DNA from: a bacterium
Lineage (GTDB): Bacteria; UBA10199; 2-02-FULL-50-16; JAJFLM01
Assembly: GCA_965216315.1 (NCBI GenBank)
Contig: CBDCFN010000016.1
Span: 1,440,001-1,504,000 of the forward strand
DNA length: 64,000 bases
Direction of reading: 5' to 3'
A model generated the notes under the pieces. That model saw nothing but the letters and a program-made list of their open reading frames with translations, searched no databases and was not told where the DNA came from. Made by a program: the position numbers and the translations under genes. The stretch's first letter is position 1; each line of letters starts with the position of its first letter. Shown in pieces: positions 57,760 through 64,000 of the stretch.

Positions 57760-60129
57760 ATGAAATTTCTGACGCCAGGAATCGCAGGTCTCGTCCTGCT
57801 GTTTGGATTATCTTCGTCAGTTAGAGTCAGTGCAGATGCAGGGAATGTAGAGGAACCTGTCTATATTGATGTGCGGTCCTATGGGGAGCGCCGAATGGGC
57901 TATATCCCCTCTTCTCTCCATATACCGCTTGATCAACTATACCGAAACCACTCCAGCCTTTCCATTTACAAGAACCGCCAATTGGTAATGATTTGTGAGT
58001 CCGGCGTTCGTTCCGGCAAAGCAAGAGATCTACTGGAAAAGAACGGCTTTACAAAAGTCAGTAACTTAAAGGGGGGGATGAGAGCCTGGCGTGAGGCGGG
58101 CAAAGCCGTCAACGGATCTTTACTGCGAATCTCTGATCATGCCGATGATGTTTTTGACGATAAAAAAATAGGAGTGTTGGTCCGTGTCATTTCTGTCGCG
58201 GACAAGACCAATACCGTTGTCGGCTTGCAAGTCTTTACCGTTTTTCCGGATAGCCCTGCCGAAAAAGCAGGCATACAATTTAAGGATACCATCACCCATA
58301 TTAATGGACGCAAACTGTCCCGGAAGGAACTCGAAAGCAAAAAATCGTATTTTGAGTACTTCAAAACGGATAAAGGCCAAAATGATATTGAGCTCACCAT
58401 CAATCGGAATAATAAAGCGTTCCAGGTAAAACTAACACTGGAATCAACCGATTACCGTACATTCGTCAAATCCCCTTTTGAAAGTCCTTTTTCTCAAATC
58501 GCTCATTCAAAGCATTACCTTCCATTAAGCCGCAGCTTTCAAGCCCTGTTAACAACGTGGGGAAGCATCACGCTCCCGGTCGTTACGAGTTTCTTCACGC
58601 AGCCCCAATATACTCCGGTCATTGCAAGCGCTTCGCTTCCGAAACAAATCACCGCTCACGACGCAGGTAGCATGCTCGCAAAAGGTCTCAAAGCAGCCGC
58701 TAAGCAATTTTCGAATCGCCCCCTACTCGTCGTGGAAAGAAAAAGGCCAGAAACACTCACGGAATTATTAGACTATATAGAAGACACTCTGGACCGGGCG
58801 GAACAGACCTCAAGCAAGCTTCGACAACGATTTACAGCTGAGGAGTTAACCGTCATCCAGAACAACGGACCAGCCGCCTTAGAGCAATTTTCCCAATCCC
58901 TAATCATGCAAGACACTCCGGACAACGAATCAATTCTTAACATGTTTGAGCTACGGCGAGTGGGTACCAAGGTAAATATCACAGAACTCATCAAGACCGC
59001 CGGTCTCTTGACGGCTTTCAGCTCCCCGGAGTTGACGAACCTCATCAAAAAACTAGCCCTGACGCATTCAGGCAATGTGACAAGAGAGACACGTTGGGGA
59101 AAAATTATTATCGGTCAGAGCGGAAACAGTGTCTACCGCGAAACGGCGGCAGTAATAATCGATTTTGGTGGCAATGATTTGTACGAATTCGAGGTGGATA
59201 ATTATCCTCAAATTGTGATCGATGTAGCAGGCGACGACATATATAAAACCATTGCTTCCAATCGAAAACGACTTAGTCCCTTTGCAACTAAACTTTTGTA
59301 TGATATCTCCGGAAACGACGTCTACTCGGGCGATACAGGGAACATAGCCACCGGAGTTTTCGGTATTTCACTGCACGTGGACGCAGCAGGTAATGACCAC
59401 TACACGGGCAAAAACTTCTCTCTGGGCGCAGGTTTCTTTGGCGTCGGCATTCTTGTCGATCACAGTGGTAATGATCACTATGAATCAAACTTATTTTCAC
59501 AAGGCTTTGGCGGCGTATTAGGCGTTGGGCTACTCATTGATGCTTCGGGTAATGATCATTATACAAATACCGGATCACCTGCAGCAGCATGCCCTACTTG
59601 CAGTTTCGCTCAAGGTGCGGGGATCGGCGTACCCATCTGGGCCTACGGTGGCATGGGAGCCCTTCTTGACCTGAGTGGAGCCGATCATTATTCCGCGTTA
59701 AACTACGCTCAAGGAGTCGGTTATTATGGAGGATTCGGTATCCTGCATGACTTATCGGGCAACGACCAATTTATAGGAGGAAAATTCACCCAAGGCGCAG
59801 GCGTCCATGGCGCAATAGGAATTCTCAAGGATGAGAGTGGAGATGATCGCTATGAATCAACTGATATTAGATCTCAGGGCGCAGCCTGGGACCGTGGCAT
59901 CGGTTATCTTCATGACAGCGCCGGCAATGATGCCTATCGATCTCGCGCCCAAGCCCAATCCTTCGGTGCAAAAAACAGCATAGCCGTCTTGATCGACTCC
60001 GGCGGACAAAACGAATTTTCCTGTGATCAACATGATTTCTGCCAAGGAAAAACAGACATGAATCAATTTAGCCCAGCGAGACAAGCGGAGAGTATCGCCA
60101 TCTTCCGCACAGACGACGGAAATCCGTAA
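57760..60129 (+). CDS. Exported rhodanese-PDZ-DxxGxDxY repeat protein
   Basis: Signal peptide; IDVR...ICESGVRS...LKGGMRAW; DSPAEKAG...INGR; many D..GND.Y repeats. Confidence 0.85.
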   Translation: MKFLTPGIAGLVLLFGLSSSVRVSADAGNVEEPVYIDVRSYGERRMGYIPSSLHIPLDQLYRNHSSLSIYKNRQLVMICESGVRSGKARDLLEKNGFTKVSNLKGGMRAWREAGKAVNGSLLRISDHADDVFDDKKIGVLVRVISVADKTNTVVGLQVFTVFPDSPAEKAGIQFKDTITHINGRKLSRKELESKKSYFEYFKTDKGQNDIELTINRNNKAFQVKLTLESTDYRTFVKSPFESPFSQIAHSKHYLPLSRSFQALLTTWGSITLPVVTSFFTQPQYTPVIASASLPKQITAHDAGSMLAKGLKAAAKQFSNRPLLVVERKRPETLTELLDYIEDTLDRAEQTSSKLRQRFTAEELTVIQNNGPAALEQFSQSLIMQDTPDNESILNMFELRRVGTKVNITELIKTAGLLTAFSSPELTNLIKKLALTHSGNVTRETRWGKIIIGQSGNSVYRETAAVIIDFGGNDLYEFEVDNYPQIVIDVAGDDIYKTIASNRKRLSPFATKLLYDISGNDVYSGDTGNIATGVFGISLHVDAAGNDHYTGKNFSLGAGFFGVGILVDHSGNDHYESNLFSQGFGGVLGVGLLIDASGNDHYTNTGSPAAACPTCSFAQGAGIGVPIWAYGGMGALLDLSGADHYSALNYAQGVGYYGGFGILHDLSGNDQFIGGKFTQGAGVHGAIGILKDESGDDRYESTDIRSQGAAWDRGIGYLHDSAGNDAYRSRAQAQSFGAKNSIAVLIDSGGQNEFSCDQHDFCQGKTDMNQFSPARQAESIAIFRTDDGNP

Positions 60130-60603
60130 ACAACCTCATCACCCTCGTTCTTATCGGCTGCATCGCGTCTGAAGATTCTCTACGCAGCGCAGCATTGCAA
60201 AAAAAATTCTTCGATCTGGTTTCTATCAAAATGCATGCCAAGACGCTGAGGAAATTAGTCCAATGAAATCATTGTGTTCAACTTGCTGTATGCTGTCGAT
60301 TTTTTCAAACGTGTACAAACGGAATTATTTAATTTTTTTTCGTTTTAGCTGTTGTTTCACCCACACGTCGCTGGTACCATCCAATTAAGCGTTGGGGAAC
60401 GTACATCGGGCGAGTGTCGCGAATAATTGTGGGGGGAGGTTCAGCTGTTATGCGCGACGCGACGATGAGACCCCGAAAAATTCCAGCCATTGGGTCAGTC
60501 CCATCTCAATACATACAGCCATCTCCTCTTAAACTGTGGCGTGACGTTTAGTTTGCACTGACGAGTGTGGGCTAGGAGTCGAGTGTGTAGCGAGGGAAGT
60601 CCA

Positions 60604-63600
60604 ATGCGTAGGAAACAGCTGGCGCCAAAAGCGCGAATTCCTTTTATTCCATTAACCGATACCATACGCAGAACAGGTCGCATCCGCGCGCAACGAGCGC
60701 GTTTTTTTGTACCTGCACTGGTCGCGTTCGTCCTGACCTGGCTGGCCCCCCCGCTGCTCAGTCCGAGCCACGCCTTCAGTCTTATTGAGGTTGGCGAATA
60801 CGTGGTCCAGGCCGTACAAACCGGGGAAGACGGCGCTGTATCGCAGATGTCAGGGAATAAGTACGTCGATATCGTCCTGGAAAACCCGCATGGCGACGTC
60901 GTCTGGACAAGTGATTGTAAGGAAGAAAAATTCACAACCGGCGTCTTTCCCTTCAATGACCAGCTCCCTACCGATGTTCTGGACAACAATCCCATCATGT
61001 ACATGAAGATCCGCGAATATGCAGACATCTTTTGCGACCTCCCTGTGGAGAAATGCGAAGGCAAAGGAAGTTCCAAGGTTTGTACAAATTCCGAATCCGA
61101 TCCCATAAAAGTCAGTAATGCCTTTCGCTCCGCGTCAGCCCATCGCGCGGATATTGCCTGGGGACTCAATGAAGTTTTCACTATCTTTGATCCCGACCGC
61201 AATAAACTCCTTGAAGTCGGCTTACCGCGGTCCGCCACTGAAGACGACTTAGGCAAACACTTGGCAATTATCGACTACATGCCGGGTTCCACGGAGGACG
61301 ATCCGGCGATGGTGACATTAGGCTGGGTGCCCGGTGGCGGCGGTTCGGGCGGCGCTGATGTCGCCGCGGGACGCGGTATCACGGTCACGGTTGATCCCGT
61401 AACGGGCGAACAAATTATCTCCATCGATACGCAGGCCGACTTGGTGGGGCCAGACGCCCTGGCCGGCCGTGTCTCCGTTACCGGAGAATTTCAGGCCCCT
61501 ATCTATGACACTTTCAATGACCTGCCCTCCGGTACGCTCGACGGCGCTTTAGCGACGACACGCTACGACGATCAGGGCAATCATAAACTGCAATTATGGC
61601 ACTACGATCTTATCAATCAGGGCTGGACTAATGCCGGCACCGTGGGACCACAAGGCCCGCAGGGTGAAACCGGTCCTCAAGGCCCCATCGGTTTAACCGG
61701 CCCCGAAGGGCCCCAAGGCCCACAAGGTCCGCAAGGCATTCAAGGTGAACAAGGCATCGCCGGACCAGCCGGCCCTGAAGGGCCTCAAGGTCCGCAAGGC
61801 ATTCAAGGAGAGCAAGGCCTCCAAGGGGAACCCGGCGAACCCGGCGTTTTCACCCTCGCGGGAACGGGACTTAAAAGCACCGTCATCTCCCCGACCGAGA
61901 GCGAACTCTCCATTGATCTCGCTTTTGATTTCGCGGACGACGTACAGAATGGTATCCTCAATGCCTTCACCGGCAACGTCGCCTTCAATAAAACCCTCAA
62001 GGTCCCCGTCTATGACACGATCGCCAATGCCTCCGCAGTCGAAGCGGGTATCGCCTATGCCCAGGATACCAAAGAGCTCTATTATAATGATGGACTCGCC
62101 TGGAAATCCGTCAAAGACGACGGCAGCGGCGGCAACAACATCAACAGCATTACCGCCCTCGCTCCCCTGGCCGCAACGGGTGACCGTGACATCACGCTCT
62201 CCCTTGAATTCGCGAGTGGTCTCTCCCTCGATGCGACCGGAAAACTCATCGTCGACACGAATCTCGTCGCCCTCAAGGCCGACGTGACGGCCGCCATTGA
62301 TGCCGCCCGCACGGAATGGCAGGCCGCGGATGCAACGACTCTGGCCACCGCCCGGACGGAACTCGCCGCCGGTGACGCCGCCACCTTAGCCACCGCGCGC
62401 ACGGAGATCGCCGCAGGCGATGCCGCCGTTCAAGCTGCGGCTGATGCCAACGCATCCGCTATTGCAGTCAACGTTATCAATATCAACTCCAATGCAACGG
62501 GTATAGCTAACAACCGAATCGACATCGACTTGAATAAGGCTAGCATCACGTACTTGGAGCAAAACGCTCTCACCCTCAACACGCCCGCCGGTGGTGATAT
62601 GTCGGGAACAATGAGTGATCTCCAGATCAATGCCGGCGCGGTGGGCGCCGATGAAATCGATTCGACAGGTGATTACACGATGGGCAGTCTCGAAACAACC
62701 GGGGACATCACGGCCAACCGCGTTGATGCGGCCGGTGGTGAAATGGTCATGCAGAGCGTTGACTTTGATTTATTTCTCAACGCCGGTGACACCCATGCCG
62801 TCTATGGACCCCCGACCGTTCCGAATGACATTGTTATCATTAAAAAAGAGAAATCGACCGGCGCCTTCACGCCGGCCAATATCGTAGTTGCCGACGGCAC
62901 CGATGACCGGCATGCCGCCACCGTCGGTCAGTTGAAGGCCATCGAGCAAAGTGCCGTCAGCCAAGCCGACCTGGATGCGGCCATTCAACTCGAGGCCCAG
63001 GCCCGCATCGACGCAGACCTGTCCATTCGTCAGGACTTCGCTGCCGGTGATGCGGCCGCACTTGATGCCGCAAAAACGTATACGGATGGTGAAGTCTCCG
63101 CCGCACGCACCGCACTCGAGGCGGCTGATGCGGCCGAAATAGCAGCCCGGGAAGCGGCCGACCTACAGTTTGCTACCGAGCTCTCGGCTGAAACGCAACT
63201 GCGCGAACAAGCCGACTTGCAATTCGCCACTGAACTTTCGGCCGAAGTGCAGGCGCGCCAAACAGCCGACCTGCAGTTTGCCACTGATCTCTCCGCCGAA
63301 GCCAGCACGCGCGCAGCCGCCGACCTTCAGTTCGCTACTGACCTCTCCGCCGAGGCCGACACCAGGGCTAGCGCCGACGCCTCGCATGACGCCACCCTCG
63401 CCGATCACGAAACCCGCATTTCGGCCAATGAGAGCGCCACCAGTGGAGCTATTAGAGAAGCCAGCAACGGCCTGAGTACGGAAATCGACGCCAACAATAC
63501 CAGAACAGTTATTCTCGGCGGGACACTCGACCGCGCCACCGCAATCGAGATGGGCGGTAATGAGATCACGCTAGAAGCAACGAGTCCGACCGACTCCACC

Positions 63601-64000
63601 TTTAAATTGATCGCCCCGGACGGCAATGGCGGCACACTGGCCGCACTCGCCCTGCCCGCGTATCAAAATTACATCTCGACAGATGCTGACGGCGCGCAGA
63701 CTGAAATCGCCCGCATCGGTCACGGCGGGCTTCAAGTTTGGGACCGTAATGGCAATAGTATTTTCCAGGTCCATCCGGATACCGGTATCGTCACGGTTCC
63801 CGCACCCACAAGCGATTTTACCCCTGCGACCAAAAAATACGTCGACGATAGCGTCGCGGGTGCGGGTGGCGGTGATATCACCGGGGTAACCGCAATCGCC
63901 CCTTGGATCACTGGCGGTGGTGACGTCGGCGATGTCTCCATCGGTTTCAATGAGCAGGCCTTAGATACCCGTATTAATACTATTGTGGGGATTGAAAAAG
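60604..64000 (+). CDS. Large fibre/adhesin (collagen, coiled-coil and tail-fibre/YadA-like motifs), truncated by the window end
   Basis: Frame appears open from ATG 60604 to the end (~1132 codons; much of it translated by hand, and the ORF track lists no stop-terminated ORF here); long signal peptide; [32 protein letters not shown]. Confidence 0.88.
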   Translation, partial: MRRKQLAPKARIPFIPLTDTIRRTGRIRAQRARFFVPALVAFVLTWLAPPLLSPSHAFSLIEVGEYVVQAVQTGEDGAVSQMSGNKYVDIVLENPHGDVVWTSDCKEEKFTTGVFPFNDQLPTDVLDNNPIMYMKIREYADIFCDLPVEKCEGKGSSKVCTNSESDPIKVSNAFRSASAHRADIAWGLNEVFTIFDPDRNKLLEVGLPRSATEDDLGKHLAIIDYMPGSTEDDPAMVTLGWVPGGGGSGGADVAAGRGITVTVDPVTGEQIISIDTQADLVGPDALAGRVSVTGEFQAPIYDTFNDLPSGTLDGALATTRYDDQGNHKLQLWHYDLINQGWTNAGTVGPQGPQGETGPQGPIGLTGPEGPQGPQGPQGIQGEQGIAGPAGPEGPQGPQGIQGEQGLQGEPGEPGVFTLAGTGLKSTVISPTESELSIDLAFDFADDVQNGILNAFTGNVAFNKTLKVPVYDTIANASAVEAGIAYAQDTKELYYNDGLAWKSVKDDGSGGNNINSITALAPLAATGDRDITLSLEFASGLSLDATGKLIVDTNLVALKADVTAAIDAARTEWQAADATTLATARTELAAGDAATLATARTEIAAGDAAVQAAADANASAIAVNVININSNATGIANNRIDIDLNKASITYLEQNALTLNTPAGGDMSGTMSDLQINAGAVGADEIDSTGDYTMGSLETTGDITANRVDAAGGEMVMQSVDFDLFLNAGDTHAVYGPPTVPNDIVIIKKEKSTGAFTPANIVVADGTDDRHAATVGQLKAIEQSAVSQADLDAAIQLEAQARIDADLSIRQDFAAGDAAALDAAKTYTDGEVSAARTALEAADAAEIAAREAADLQFATELSAETQLREQADLQFATELSAEVQARQTADLQFATDLSAEASTRAAADLQFATDLSAEADTRASADASHDATLADHETRISANESATSGAIREASNGLSTEIDANNTRTVILGGTLDRATAIEMGGNEITLEATSPTDSTFKLIAPDGNGGTLAALALPAYQNYISTDADGAQTEIARIGHGGLQVWDRNGNSIFQVHPDTGIVTVPAPTSDFTPATKKYVDDSVAGAGGGDITGVTAIAPWITGGGDVGDVSIGFNEQALDTRINTIVGIEK
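61645..61842 (+). repeat. Collagen-like (Gly-X-Y)22 coding repeat
   Basis: [15 protein letters not shown] ... GEP GEP. Confidence 0.92.
63157..63372 (+). repeat. Four 54-bp (18-aa) coiled-coil coding repeats
   Basis: ADLQFAT(E/D)LSAExxxRxx four times. Confidence 0.9.

Noticed and set aside
60130..60603. Riboswitch upstream of the fibre gene
   Set aside because: I could not identify c-di-GMP, ydaO or other aptamer consensus elements; an Rfam scan would be needed
60495..61256. 253-aa minus-strand ORF and other ORFs between 60.7 and 64 kb
   Set aside because: Shadows of the long plus-strand fibre gene

Overview
Compact bacterial chromosome segment. Gene content and order (dnaE, guaBA, der, pheA-tyrA-aroA-rpsA-sppA-ihfB-HIT-lapA) suggest a diderm of the former Deltaproteobacteria; that assignment is inference. 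Housekeeping blocks occupy about 0-23.5 kb and 32.5-40.3 kb. There are three accessory zones. (1) 23.6-32.5 kb is an unannotated cluster of signal-peptide-less helical or Gly/Ala/Gln/Met-rich small proteins behind sigma28-like and sigma54 promoters. It also holds three paralogs of an unknown family with their own sigma70 promoters, a GNAT-like protein, a prolyl 4-hydroxylase, a B12 radical-SAM enzyme and an HMGL-type aldolase. This is the best candidate for an undescribed system. (2) An ~11.8 kb tyrosine-integrase island sits in tRNA-Gly(GCC). It carries a SIR2-like gene, a HigBA-like toxin-antitoxin pair, a non-coding array of origin-like iteron modules with no Rep gene, and cargo blocks bounded by an exact 18-bp repeat. 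Its attR tRNA fragment is broken by a 30-nt insertion. (3) 52.4-64 kb holds miscellaneous accessory genes, a katG remnant and the start of a >1130-aa collagen/coiled-coil fibre adhesin missing from the ORF track. All calls come from reading motifs; no searches were run. Several start codons were moved downstream of the ORF-track starts.
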